Origin: Squalus acanthias
Lineage: Eukaryota
Direction of reading: 5' to 3'
NCBI GenBank assembly: GCA_030390025.1
Contig: CM059432.1
Span: 141,362,001 to 141,426,000, forward strand
Length of the DNA stretch: 64,000 bases
This document shows, piece after piece, positions 24,998-36,619 of this stretch. Within the stretch, counting starts at the first letter, position 1. Each line of letters starts with the position of its first letter. Both the position numbers and the translations under genes were made by a program. The notes below the pieces were generated by a model. It did not search any database. It was not told the DNA's origin and worked only from the letters and a program-made list of their open reading frames with translations.

Positions 24998-25441
24998 AGA
25001 GGTGTTGTGATCTGGAATGCACTGCCTGAAAGGGCGGTGGAAGCTGATTCAACAGTAACTTTCAAAAGAGAATTGGATAAATACTTGAAAAGGAAAAATT
25101 TGCAGGGCTATGGGGAAAGAGCAGGGGAGAGTGGGACTAATTGGAGAGCTCTTTCAAAGAGCCAGCACAGGCACAATGGGCTGAATGGCGGCCTCCTCTC
25201 TGTATCATTCTACGATAGTCCATAAATTGTTCAGTGCGACCTATTACTGCAAATAGCCATACTTGTGTTCATGAAGTTAGATATATTTCTTAAGGCTAAA
25301 GGGATCAAGGGATATGGGAGAAAGCAGGGACAGGGTACTGAATTTGGATGATCAGCCATGATCTCATTAAATGGCGGAGCAGGCTCGAGGGGCCGAATGG
25401 CCTACTCCTGCTCCTATCTTCTATGTTTCTATGTTTCTATG
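24998..25441 (+). mobile_element. Two CR1 3' fragments (24998-25215 and 25275-25441)
   Basis: ORF2 end and 3'UTRs. The second matches the 19767 family and has a (TTTCTATG)n tail. Confidence 0.8.
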
Positions 25442-25802
25442 AGACCAGATTTGGTCTGCTTGAGCTATGAAGGACTACAGTGCACTGATAATTTTAACAA
25501 TATTTTTATAAAGAAAGATTCTCTGTTTGCAACAAGTGTTTAACGAATGAGGCATAAACATCTATAGCAGATATTCTGAGACCATTACATCACCAGAATC
25601 AGTTACTAAAGTCTAACTGTTCTAAAAGAGTTGTACAATTAACTGCAATTGTTGAAACCTGGCTAACTGGGATGACTGTTCTGCTAAGGTTGAGTTTGAG
25701 GTGCACAGTCTGGCTGATCTACACTAAGCACGGCTCAGCATTACACTTCTCTTGTGCCACACTCGAACCTGACAAGGTGACTGGATAAAAGAAAATACTG
25801 TC

Positions 25803-26357
25803 ACAACAACAACTTGCATTTATATAGCGCCTTTAACGTAGTACAACGTCCCAGGGCGCTTCACAGGAGCGTTATCGAACAAAATTTGACACCGAGTCAC
25901 ATAAAGAGATATTAGGGCAGGTGACCAAATGCTTGGTCAAAGAGGTAGGTTTGAAGGAGCGTCTTAAAGGAGGAAAGAGAGGCGGAGAGGCGGAGAGGTT
26001 TGGGGAGGGAATTCCAGAGCTTTAGGGCCTGGACAGCTGAAGGCGCGGCCGCCAATGGTGGAGCGATGGAAATCGGGGATGCACAACAGGCCAGAATTGG
26101 AGGAGCGCCGCGATCTCGGTGGGCTGTAGGGCTGGAGGAGGTTACAGAGATAGGGAGGGGGGAGAGGCCACGGAGGGATTTGAAAACAAGGATGAGAATT
26201 TATAAAAGTCGGACTGGGAGCCAATGTAGGTCAGCGAGCACAGGGGGCGATGGGCGATCGGGACTTGGTGCGAGTTAGGACACGGGCAACAGATGAGCTA
26301 AAATTGACGGAGGATGGAGGATGGGGGGCCAGCCAGGAGAGCGCTGGAATAGTCACG
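25803..26357 (-). mobile_element. L2-clade LINE 3' fragment
   Basis: Same L2 motifs and (TTG)n tail. Confidence 0.83.
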
Positions 26358-26508
26358 TACAAGGAAAGTGTTTTATGATGCCCTAAGATTTTTAATAGCA
26401 CGTAGTTTCAGCAGCTTATTCATAACATTGCTTGGATAGAATAGTTTACCGTCCCCATCTTACAAAAATACGAGACACATTTCCACAAATATCCCGTAAG
26501 ATGCTTAC

Positions 26509-26655
26509 TTGTGAACCGCCCCTGAGCGGGCGAACTCTCTTTGTTGTTGCTGCTGATTGCAAACAGCTGCACCATGTATTCCTGGTTTGGCAGCAGGCCT
26601 TCCACTACTGCTGCTGTCTCACCCTTCTGTATGTTTAATTTCTGTGTTTTGCCAC
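26509..26655 (-). CDS. COL14A1: COL14A1 coding exon, C-terminal half of first FN3 domain (GGKTQKLNIQKGETAAVVEGLLPNQEYMVQLFAISSNNKESSPAQGRFT)
   Basis: 147 nt, acceptor ...tacaataacag, donor ACAA|gtaagc, phase 1-1. Contains the FN3 motif GLxPxxEY and matches recalled human GGKTNQLNLQNTATKAIIQGLMPDQNYTVQIIAYNKDKESKPAQGQFR with one extra residue. Confidence 0.95.
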
Positions 26656-26789
26656 CTGTTATTGTAAAGACCACAGAACTTGTTAAAAAAGAACAACACG
26701 CAGCATAACGCCACAGTAACACATATTAAAAAACAAATCATTCGACGGTCAATCGAAGGGCGGAACGGGTGCGAGGGGGCTGAATGGCT

Positions 26790-26975
26790 GGCTCTTGTTC
26801 CTCGCCATGTTCCTACATCGCGGCTGATCTGTATCTTAACTCCCATCTACCCGCCTTGGTTCTGTAATCCTTAGTACGCTTTGCCTCACGAAAATCTATC
26901 AATCTCAATTTTTAAATGTTCAACTGAGGCCCCGGCATCCACAGCTTTTTTTTTTGTGGGAGAGAGTTCCAGAAT
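26790..26975 (-). mobile_element. CR1 3' fragment
   Basis: Reverse-complement match to ~420-570. Confidence 0.65.
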
Positions 26976-27789
26976 TCCAGCAGACAGTGTGTTATTGTTA
27001 ACTCCAGAATACAGTGTTATTGCTAATGCTCAGCTATTTACTAGCAGAATTCCTTAAACTGACACAGTGTAATCAGAGCATGAATGAACAGCGTTTCCTC
27101 ATACTCTCTGCTTCCTCCTCAAATTATAGTCTTGAATTATTGAACCTAGCTTGCGGTTAAATTCCTGGTCCGACGGACAATTTCACAGCCTCATTGCTGG
27201 AGGCTGGGCCACAACAAAGGCAAGTGAAACCCCACCACTGCATTTTATGTTCACTTGAAAGGGAGAAACGCAGCCCTGCAGAGTGGATACCGCTAATCAG
27301 CACCGAACTTGAACCAATCTGCGATAAAACAGCAAATGCTGAGTTACAGCGACTCTCGCACAAACGCCTTCCGGTGCAGGATTATATTCTCAGGGTGCTG
27401 CCGATACCCTGCCGTTTACTCAGGAGACCACTAACTGTGCGTATTAATGCCTGTGCTATGTGATGCAGGTTAATGAAGTAGCCATAAGTATGTACCTTTA
27501 GGCTGTGGGGCTAATTCAATCATTCAGCCATCGCATTGCACGCCTAACTGTCAGCTTTTCGGGCAAGACCTGAAGAGACTTGTTCCTAAGCTGCCTCTGT
27601 CCCTCTGTAATTGCTGCACTTTTTGGCTATGAGATTGACTGAAGAATTCATCACTTAATGGATATTACACGACATAAAAACACAAAGGTGGCCAGATGCA
27701 GTCCACAGATCAGTTTAACCCAGCACACAGCACTTGAAATACTGTTAATGTGATTCTGTTATTCAAATAGAAAACGTATCACCATTCGA

Positions 27790-28160
27790 AAGTATTTATA
27801 TAGCACCTTTAACGTTGTAAAACATCCTAAGGCGCTTCACAGGAGTGATTATCAGACAACATTTGACACCGAGCCACATAAGGAGACATTAGGACAGGCG
27901 ACCAAAAGCTCGGTCAAAGAGGTAGGTTTTAAGGAGCGTCTTAAAGGAGGAGAGAGAGGTAGAGAGGCGGAGAGGTTTAGGGAGGGAATTCCAGAGCTTA
28001 GGGCCCAGGCAGCTGAAGGCACGGCCGCCAATGGTGGAGCGATGAAAATCGGGGATACGCGAGAGGCCAGAATTGGAAGAGTGCAGAGATCTCGGAGGGT
28101 TGTAGGGCTGGAGGAGATTACAGAGATAGGGAGGGAGGCCATGGAGGGATTTGAACACAT
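27790..28160 (-). mobile_element. L2-clade LINE 3' end
   Basis: FKSLHGLPPYLCNLLQPY…WNSLPKPLRLSTSLSSFKTLLKTYLF. Confidence 0.85.
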
Positions 28161-28340
28161 GGATCTGTCAGGCCCATACTGTTAGAACTGAGCCAAGATG
28201 GAGAGTTGCTCCACCATATACCCACCGTCTGTCTGCAGCCTGACTGCATCTGGTTGCTAATACTGTAACTGGAACAAGCACAATAAGCTGTCATTGCATC
28301 TGACCCAGAACTGACCTAAAGGCCAAAAGGAACACCTGGT

Positions 28341-29120
28341 TAGAAGATTAAGGGGTAATCTAATTGAGGTGTTTAAGATGATTAAAGGAGTTGATAGGTT
28401 GGGTAGAGGGAAGCTATTTCCTCTGGTGGGGGGGGGAGTCCGGAACAAGGCGGCACAACCTTAGAATTAGAGCCAGGCCGTTCAGGGGCGATGTCAGGAA
28501 GCACTTCCTCACACAAAGGGTAGTGGAAATCTGGAACTCTCTCTCCCCCAAAAAGCTGTTGAGGCCGGGGGGGGGGGGGAGGGGGGTCAATTGAAAATGT
28601 CAAAACGGAGGTAGATTTTATGAAAGGTCACAGACCCGAATCTTAACCCCCAAAAATGGGTGGGTTGGGTTCGGGTCAGAGGTTGAAAATTTAAAAGTCT
28701 CATACCTGACTTCGACCCGCCCACTTTCGGGTTTTACCGAGGTGGGGCAAGGGGCGGGCAGCCAGGAGGCGGGTTGCTAATTAAATATTTTAACGAGGCT
28801 GGCAGCCTCTGATTTAACCTGCTCCCCCCCCCCACCTCCCCAAGCTCCCTCCCCATCAGACCTACCGCACCCCACCCCATGCAACTCCCCGGGGTTGGGG
28901 ATGGGACCACTCCCCGGTGTCCGGGGTCAGTGCTTCTATATTCCTTTTTGTGATATGGAGACCACAACTGTTCACAGTACTCCAAGTGTGGTTTAACCAT
29001 GGTTCCACACAACTCCCACATAACTTCTCGGCTTTTGAATCCTATTCCTCTAGAAATGAACCCAGTGCTTGGCTTGCACTTGTTCTGACCTTTCTAACCT
29101 GCATCGCTACTTTTAATGCT
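28341..29120. mobile_element. Composite: CR1 (+, 28341-28610), MITE-like fragment (~28645-28920), CR1 (-, 28930-29120)
   Basis: HFLTQRVVEIWNSL on plus, VKPHLEYCEQLWSPY on minus, and a GC-rich inverted-repeat segment between them. Confidence 0.6.
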
Positions 29121-29781
29121 ATGATGCTCTGAGGAATCCTCTCTCCCCAAGAATAGATCAAAGAACATTAGTTTGGAAGTGAGTAAAGAGTCTGGTTTTT
29201 TTTTGTTGTTGCCTAACTCTTGTTGTTGAGATCTGGTGACGTTAATAAGGAAATCAAAGCGCTTTCCTCAGCTACACAATCAAATAGAAGCAGGATTACT
29301 TTACTCCAGATCAAACGTGGGGGAATTAGCAAGTTACTGAACAGAAAAGGGTAATATTCCAGGTGAATCTAAGCAATGAGGAAGCGAATAAGTAATTCAT
29401 GTACTTTCCACGCAGTCTCCGAATCGAAAGCAATAACCACCCCCCCCACCCCCCCACTCAGGAAGTAATAAGGAGGAAATACCCTGAGGTTCCCATCTGA
29501 AGCATTTCCTCAGATGTTTATCGTAAGTATACCAGGATATTTTATTAAATAACCTGCGACATACATCTGTTCACTCCAGAGGAACGTCTGGGTGCTTTGA
29601 AAATCAATTCCATTTTATATTTAAACTTACATAAATAGGCTCATCAATGTCCTATGTAGCTCTAAGGAAACAGCGTTATTAGGGTAGAAATTATAATCAT
29701 TGCTGTTCTCATATGAATGCTTAGCACATATTGTACCAGACTCCACTCTACACTACATTAATGCAGCCATTAACCCATTTA

Positions 29782-30212
29782 TATAGAACTACATAGAATG
29801 TACAGCACAGAAACCGGCCATTCGGCCCAATACATCTGTTCAGGTGTTTATGCTCCACACGAGCCTCCTCCCACCCTACTTTATCTAACCCCCATCAAAT
29901 AACCTTCTATTCTTTTCTCACTCATGTATTTATCTAGCTTCCTCTTGAATACATCTGTGCTATTCGCCTCATTAGTGACTATCTTCTATTTATGGCCCCT
30001 AGTTTTGGACTCCCCCCACAAGTGGAAACATCTTCTCTACATCTGGGGGTCAACTGAAAATTTCAAAACGGTGAGATCGAGAGATTTTTGTTGGGTATTG
30101 AGGGTTACGGAACCAAGGCGGGTAGATGGAGTTAAGATACAGATCAGCCATGATCTAATAGAATGGCGGAACAGGCTCGAGGGGCTCAATGGCCTCCTCC
30201 TGTTCCTATGTT
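29782..30212. mobile_element. Two CR1 3' fragments joined in divergent orientation (- 29782-30040; + 30045-30212)
   Basis: Matches to the 11570 and 222 families respectively. Confidence 0.7.
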
Positions 30213-30627
30213 CCCATTAAGAACAGCACGATGGAGGCCAATTTTGCGGTTCCAGCACAGTACGCCATGACAGACCCTCCTCAGGCACCGCCTGCCCCTA
30301 CGACCCATAGAGCCTGTCTTGCATAATAATGCACAGTCAACTCATTCTTACTGCGCTCTCGGCATTTAGCGCACGAGGCACTGGAGCATCAGGGGAGTCG
30401 GAAGCTCCTTGATTGGGTAATTGAGAGGCTATTGGCTGCTCTTAAAGCTGCGCTATTTTTTTTTTATATATGCAAGGAAAATAGATTGAGAAACAATGAC
30501 CCTTTTTCAAGGATTGGCTTTTGGAGGCCCAGCCTAAGGTAGGTAGGTGCAGCAATGGTCCTACTACAAGGAGAGAGCCACCCTGGAGTAAAACATTCCA
30601 TTTGCAGGTGTCCCTCTGAAATGCTCC

Positions 30628-30980
30628 CTGAAGGCGTTTCACAAAAGCGTAATCAGATAAAATTTGACACCGAGCCACATAAGGAGATATTAGGACCGGT
30701 GACTGAAAGCTTGGTCAAAGAGGTAGGTTTTAAGTAGCGTCTTAAAGAGGAGAGAGAGAGGCGGAGAGGTTTAGGGAGGGAATACCAGAGCTTGGGGCCT
30801 CGGCAGCTGAAGGCACGGCCGCCAATGTTGGAGCGATGAAAATTGGGGAGGCGCAAGAAGCCAGAATTGGAGGAGCGCAGAGATCTCGGAGGGTTGTGGG
30901 GCTGGAGGAGGTTTCAGAGGTAGGGAGGGGGGAGGCCACGGAGGGATTTGAAAACAAGGATGAGAATGTTAAATTCAAGG
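30628..30980 (-). mobile_element. L2-clade LINE 3' fragment
   Basis: IGGRAFSCRGPKLWYSLP motif. Confidence 0.8.
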
Positions 30981-31764
30981 AGTCAATAGCAGGTGAGTTC
31001 CTCACCCGCCTGGAGTTAAGCCCTGATCTTGAAGTTAACAGTTATTAACTGTATTTCTGTTTCCGATAGTTAACGAGCACTTAGTTTTCTGTCTAGATCT
31101 TTGAAGTTGTTGCAATACCTCGGGTTTCCATTCGAACCTGGGCTCACGTTTTACAGATAGTTACATTTGCGGCATATTTGCAATGGAAAATACATCTATA
31201 AATAGGGAGCGTTCAAATTGCTTTTTTGAGTTTATTTTCACTTCTGCCTTTGATTAAAACTTAGACCTCAAAATCTGTACAATTTTCATATACCCACACA
31301 AGAGAGGGGGAAAAAAAAGCTAACTGAGAAATTCCTAAAGCGTTTAATGATTCACAAAGTCACCACAAAAAATGTGGCTTATTACCCAGAGACATTAGAG
31401 GCACTGGGCTTATTAAAATTGTCTCCCGCACACTGAGATGAATGTGGCCCGAGGACTCATTGCTCCATCGGTACATGGGAGCCATTTACTGCCTCGTAAA
31501 CTAGATAACGCCAAGATATATCACTTCATTCAACTATGCTACCTGAAGCCAAACTGACAATGGCGCTGTAGTTAATAGCTGCCAAACTTCTCTCACAATC
31601 TGCTCTTGCACCACGTGCATTAAATGGGATGTTAATGATTGATTTTTCAGAAGGTAACTCTTAACCCAGAAAGGAAAATGCCAAGGCTTTCAATAACCTT
31701 GGTGATGCTGAAGTCACGGCAATGTTCATTTATTATTTGAACATACAAAATACACGGTATTAAT

Positions 31765-32165
31765 TCACTCCCTCCACCACCGGCGCACCGTGGCTGCAGT
31801 GTGTGCCATCTACAAGATGCACTGCAGCAACTCGTCAAGGCTTCTTCGGCAGCACCTCCCAAACCCGCGACCTCTTCCACCGAGAAGGACAAGGGCAGCA
31901 GGCGCACGGGAACACCACCACCTCCAAGTTCCCCTCCAAGTCACACACCATCCTGACTTAGAAATATATCGCCGATCCTTCATCGTCGCTGGGTCAAAAT
32001 CCTGGAACTCCCTCCCTAACAGCACTGTGGGAGTACCTTCACCACACGGACTGCAGCATTTCAAGAAGGCGGCTCACCACCACCTTCTCAAGGGCAACTA
32101 GGGATGGGCAATAAATGCTGGCCTTGCCAGCGATGCCCACATCCCATAAACGAATAAAAAAAAAA
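31765..32165 (+). mobile_element. LINE 3' end (…AAHHHLLKGN family) with poly(A)
   Basis: ORF 31790-32101 ends GSKSWNSLPNSTVGVPSPHGLQHFKKAAHHHLLKGN*, followed by AATAAA and an A-run. Confidence 0.78.
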
Positions 32166-32269
32166 GTAGCTGCCTTACATGGAAACGCCTCAACCCATTT
32201 GGTGAAGTTATCCGCCAGAACTAAACAGTACTTGATGTGAGTGGGAGATAGAAAATATGGAAAATAAAT

Positions 32270-33395
32270 GGTTCTCCTTAGAGCAGAGAAGATTAAGAGG
32301 AGATTTAATAGAGGTGTTCAAAATCATGAAGGGTTTTAATAGAGTGAATAAGGAGAAACTGTTTCCAGTGGTGGAAGGGTGGTAACCAGAGGACACAGAT
32401 TGATGGTGATTGGCAAAAGAACCAGAGGCGACATGAGGAAACTTTTTTTAACGCAGCGAGCTGTTGTGATCTGGAATGCACTGCCTGAAAGGGCGGTGGA
32501 AGCAGACTCAATAATAACAGTCAAAAGAGAATTGGATAAATACTTGAAGCGAAAAAAATTACAGAGCGATGGAGAAAGAGCAGGGGAGTGGGATTAATTG
32601 GAGAGCTCTACCAAAATGCTGGCACAGGCATGATGGGCCGAATGGCCTCCTTCTGTGCTGTATCATTCTATGATTCTATGAAATGGGGTAGAGGAGCAAA
32701 GGGATCTAGTGGTACAGATACACAAATCACTGAAAGTAGCGACACAGGTTAATAAGGCCATAGAAAAAAAACAAGCACTGGGGTTCATTTCTAGAGGGAT
32801 AGAATTGGCGATCAGAGAAGTTATGTTAAACTTGTACAGCACCTTGGTTAGATCACACTGAAGAGTACTGTGTACGGTTTAGGTCTCCATATTATATAAA
32901 GGATACAGAGGCACTGGAGAAGGTGCAAAAAAGATGAACAAGTTATGATACCAGAACTGAGAGGTTATACCTATCAGGAAAGACTGAACAGGCTGGGACT
33001 CTTTTCTCTAGAAAATAGAAGACTGAGGGGTGACCTGATAGAGGTCTTTAAAATTATGAAGGGGTTCAATAGGGTGGACCTAGAGAGGATGTTTCCACTT
33101 GTGGGAGACCAAAACTAGAGGCCATAAATATAAGATAGTCACATATAAATCCAATGGGGAATTCAAGAGCAACTTCTTTACCCAGAGAGTGGAGTGGTGA
33201 GAATGTGGAACTCGCTCCCACATGGAGTAGTTGAGGCATTGATGTATTTAGGGGGAAGCTGGATAAGTACAAGAGGGAGAAAGGAATAGAAGGATATATT
33301 GATAGGGTTTGATGAAGTAGGGTGGGAGGAGGCTCGTGTGGAGCATAAACACCGACATAGACCTGTTGGGCCGAATGGCCTATCTCTGTGCTGTA
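32270..33395 (+). mobile_element. Two tandem CR1 3' fragments (32270-32680 and 32681-33395)
   Basis: The first ends in (ATTCTATG)2. The second is the 7720-family ORF2 end plus 3'UTR. Confidence 0.82.
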
Positions 33396-33409
33396 AAATC
33401 CATGTAATT

Positions 33410-34203
33410 CTGGGTTTTTTTCATTCATGGGATGTGGGTGTCGCTGTCAAGGCCAGCATTTATTGCCCATTCCTAATTACCCTTGAGAAGGGCAACACGG
33501 TGGCATAGTGGTTAGCACTGTTGCTTCACAGCGCCAGGACCCGGGTTCGAATCCGGCCTCGGGTGACTGTCTGTGTGGAGTTTGCACATTCTCCCCGTGT
33601 CTGCGTGGGTTTCCTCCGGGTGCTCCGGTTTCCTCCCACAGTCCAAAGATGTGCGGGTTAGATTGATTTGGCTATGATAAATTGACCCTTAGTGTTAGGG
33701 GGGATTAAATACGTGGGGTTACAGGGATAGGGTGGGATATGTGTCGGTGCAGGCTCGATGGGCCGAAATGGCCTCTATCTGCACTGTGGGGATTCTGTGA
33801 AGGTGGTGATGAGCCACCTTCTTGAACCACTGCAGTCCATGTAGTGAAGGCACTCCCACAGTGACTTTGTCACAGTGGTTTGGTGGAACTGAGGGGCCAT
33901 TTCAGAGGGCAATTAAGAGTCAACCACATTGCTGTGGGTCTGGAGTCACATATAGGCCAGACCAGGTGAGGACAGCAGATTTCCTTCCCTAAAGGACATC
34001 AGTGAACCAGATGGGTGTTTACGACAATCCAGTAGTTACATGGTCACCATTACTGATACTAGCTTTTAATTCCCGATTTATTTAATTAACCGAATTTAAA
34101 TTCCACAGCTAGCCGCGGTGAGATTTGAACTACACGTCTCCGAGTTCATTAATCCAGGCCTCTGGATTACTAGTACCAGTGACATTACCACTAGGCTACC
34201 GTT
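33410..34203 (-). mobile_element. tRNA-derived SINE (tentatively SlmI/MetaSINE-like) with LINE-derived 3' tail, interrupted by the V-SINE
   Basis: Minus-strand tRNA-like head near 34203 (TAGCCTAGTGG … GTTCAAATC), central CTGGTTCACTGATGTCCTTTAGGGAAGGAAATCTGC block, and a tail matching the LINE 3' end at 31765-32165. The family name is tentative. Confidence 0.6.
33491..33798 (+). mobile_element. V-SINE (HE1-like), full length, nested in another SINE
   Basis: Pol III A box TGGCATAGTGG (33501-33511) and B box GGTTCGAATCC (33544-33554), V-domain TGTGTGGAGTTTGCACATTCTCCCCGTGTCTGCGTGGGTTTCCTCCGGGTGCTCCGGTTTCCTCCCACAGTCCAAAGA, CR1-like tail (GATGGGCCGAA…). Short GAAG(G) direct repeat at the ends. 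Confidence 0.9.
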
Positions 34204-34502
34204 CCCTCAATAATCGCCCTCATGACATCAGACCTTTTGGCCTTAGGAATTGTCTTCCAGTATCACTGATTGGCCTATTTTACGATACCATCACTTCCTG
34301 TTGGTTATTATCTACTAGTTTTTAATGCAAGGAAACTGTTATTGAAAGGAGAAAAGAAAGAAGCACAGTATTCCGATGGTAGCGTGCTTTCCCAGGGTTG
34401 GACAACTCTGGATTGCCTCTCAGTCCATAACCAACCCCTGTCCCCGCCCCACACACCAAATGCTGCTTTCAAGTGTCTCCCCATCAAATTTACTAAGACT
34501 TA

Positions 34503-34683
34503 GGGGTTAATTTTAGCCTAACTCCCCAAGCAGGAATCCCACGGGATTGGGTGGGAACGCCGGTTTTTACACCCTGCCCAATATCGACTTCAACGGAGAG
34601 TAGTATCGGACTGGATGTAAAACCAGCGTTGCTCCCGATCCAGCCAGTTTCCCAACGGGCGGGTTAGGTTAGAATTGACCCCC
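34503..34683. mobile_element. Palindromic MITE (~180 bp)
   Basis: Ends GGGGTTAATTTTAGCCTAAC and GTTAGGTTAGAATTGACCCC, with imperfect complementarity along the whole length. Confidence 0.65.
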
Positions 34684-35006
34684 GCGATCTTTTTTTAAAA
34701 TAAATCTTGGATAATGTTTAGTTGACTATTATGTACTCACCTCAGACTTCCCTTCCCCTCCCCTTTAACACAAGTACGTGCCTATAAAAATTGAATACTA
34801 AAGCAATGCAGAAACATGGTATGACCTGCTGGTACCAAATATAAATACAAATCTTAAATGATATGAAAAGAATCTTTTAAAATAATGTTATTTTTAAATG
34901 AGTTTCACAAGCAGAACTCTAACTAAACCAAACGGAAGCAAAGATAATACGCGTTGGTTAAAAAAAAGAAGCGAAATAGTATAAAATATGGGATAAACAT
35001 TCTTAC

Positions 35007-35123
35007 CTACAACTGGTGTCACGGTTAATCTGTATTCCTGAAATCTCCCCCTAGGGGCTTTCCATGTAATCTTAACACTGTCCTGAGACACTATAGTAAA
35101 CTTTAATCTTGTTGGAGAGGCAA
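35007..35123 (-). CDS. COL14A1: COL14A1 coding exon, N-terminal half of first fibronectin type III domain (VASPTRLKFTIVSQDSVKITWKAPRGRFQEYRLTVTPVV)
   Basis: 117 nt, acceptor tttcttttttgtacatcatgtag, donor GTAG|gtaaga, phase 1-1. Closely matches recalled human collagen XIV VAPPTRLRYNVISHDSIQISWKAPRGKFGGYKLLVTPTS. Confidence 0.95.
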
Positions 35124-36619
35124 CTACATGATGTACAAAAAAGAAAAGAAAATTAACTAAACATTTGAAACAGATGTAGTCATTATATCAGAACGTGAAG
35201 AGAAACAATTCACACACAATCAACAGAGCAAACATGAACAATTATGACACAACCAACTAAAACTAGCACAATATTTACCAGGGCTCTAAACTATTCGTAC
35301 TGACTGGCTGCTCAGGAATCCTATGTGAATAAAATCAAAATGTCCAAATCCATGGAACTACCATGTTTCTTTTAAATGCACAGTGAGTTTAAAATGCCAG
35401 TTGCACACAATATAAAAATATGCTCTGTTTAATCGCCAACAGTGTAGTGTTAGAGCCCTGTTTCAAACATGGTACAAACAACTGTATTAGTTTGTATAAT
35501 GAAAAACTACTTTCCAAGCAAGTTATTCCAAAGGATACTTTCTATATTTTAACAATGATCTATACAGTAGAAGAGAAAGATATAAGATGAAGTTGTGTGG
35601 TGCTGTAATGCATAAAGAGACTATGCATTTCTCTGCCACCAAACATACAATCCATATAAACTGTCCTGCTACTGAAAAAGTTTTTTTTTTCTTTAAAGAA
35701 AGGTGAGGGAATTCTAACCCAATCCTTCACCTCTTCTTTTATTTTTAAGACTTGCCTATTTCATGAGGAAGCAGAAATGAGTTTGTTATCCATCACCAAA
35801 AACCCAAACAAACAGTTAATTAACTGAACCAACATGGCAAACTCAGGGGTCATAACTAGGCAGAGAACTTTGGGATCCAGTGAAGTCATGGATTGTGTAG
35901 ATCCAAACATCCACCTTAAAACAGAAAAGTTTGTATGACAGTGGCTACAGATCCAAGAACCTGGGACCCTTGGTGCCTCTTAGCTATGACCCTTGATCTT
36001 GGAAAAAAAACAAAATGCACAAACTAACATACAATACAAGTCATCTAGTATCGCTACGATGATACAAACATTAATGGTTTTGTGCCAAAATACAACTATG
36101 CTTAACTGGTTATTTTATCGTTGACGGCGCCCAATCGTAAACAAAATTATTTTTGGTGCAGTTGTTAATAGCTGATCCGTCAGAATATTTCGAATGATAT
36201 TTTACATCAGCAAACAGATGAATTGCGTAAACTCTAAGCTTTAGCAAATGGAATATTTTGTGCAGTTTGCTCTGCAGTTCATAGTGCTCAAGAGTGACAT
36301 GCTTTGGTCTGTTTGTAATGGTTTTATGGTATGCCGAGGTTCGGTCCACACAAGTCTGTAGCCTTCGCTGTATCGTAGACAAGCCAAGACTGCTGTCTGA
36401 TGAAAAATGAGGATGGAATGATTTATCTCCATGGAAATACTAGCAGATATCCAAGACCACAACATGGAAATAACACTGGGGCCATCCACACCTCTTCTGA
36501 TGCCTCTTGGATGAGAACACACTGACGTGTGTTAACTATTTAATTGCTAACTCTGTTGGGCATTGGGGTAACAGATGATTCTGATCCTTAATGGATTAAC
36601 AAATATGATAATGGTTGGC

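Noticed and set aside
33491..33560. tRNA gene
   Set aside because: The A/B boxes belong to the V-SINE head, which continues directly into the V-domain. The same applies to the Deu-SINE heads.
26420..35123. Assignment to COL12A1 or COL20A1 instead of COL14A1
   Set aside because: The motifs PTRL, WKAPRGxF, GGKT and KESxPAQG, together with the signal-peptide end QGQV, match recalled collagen XIV best. BLASTP and synteny would confirm.
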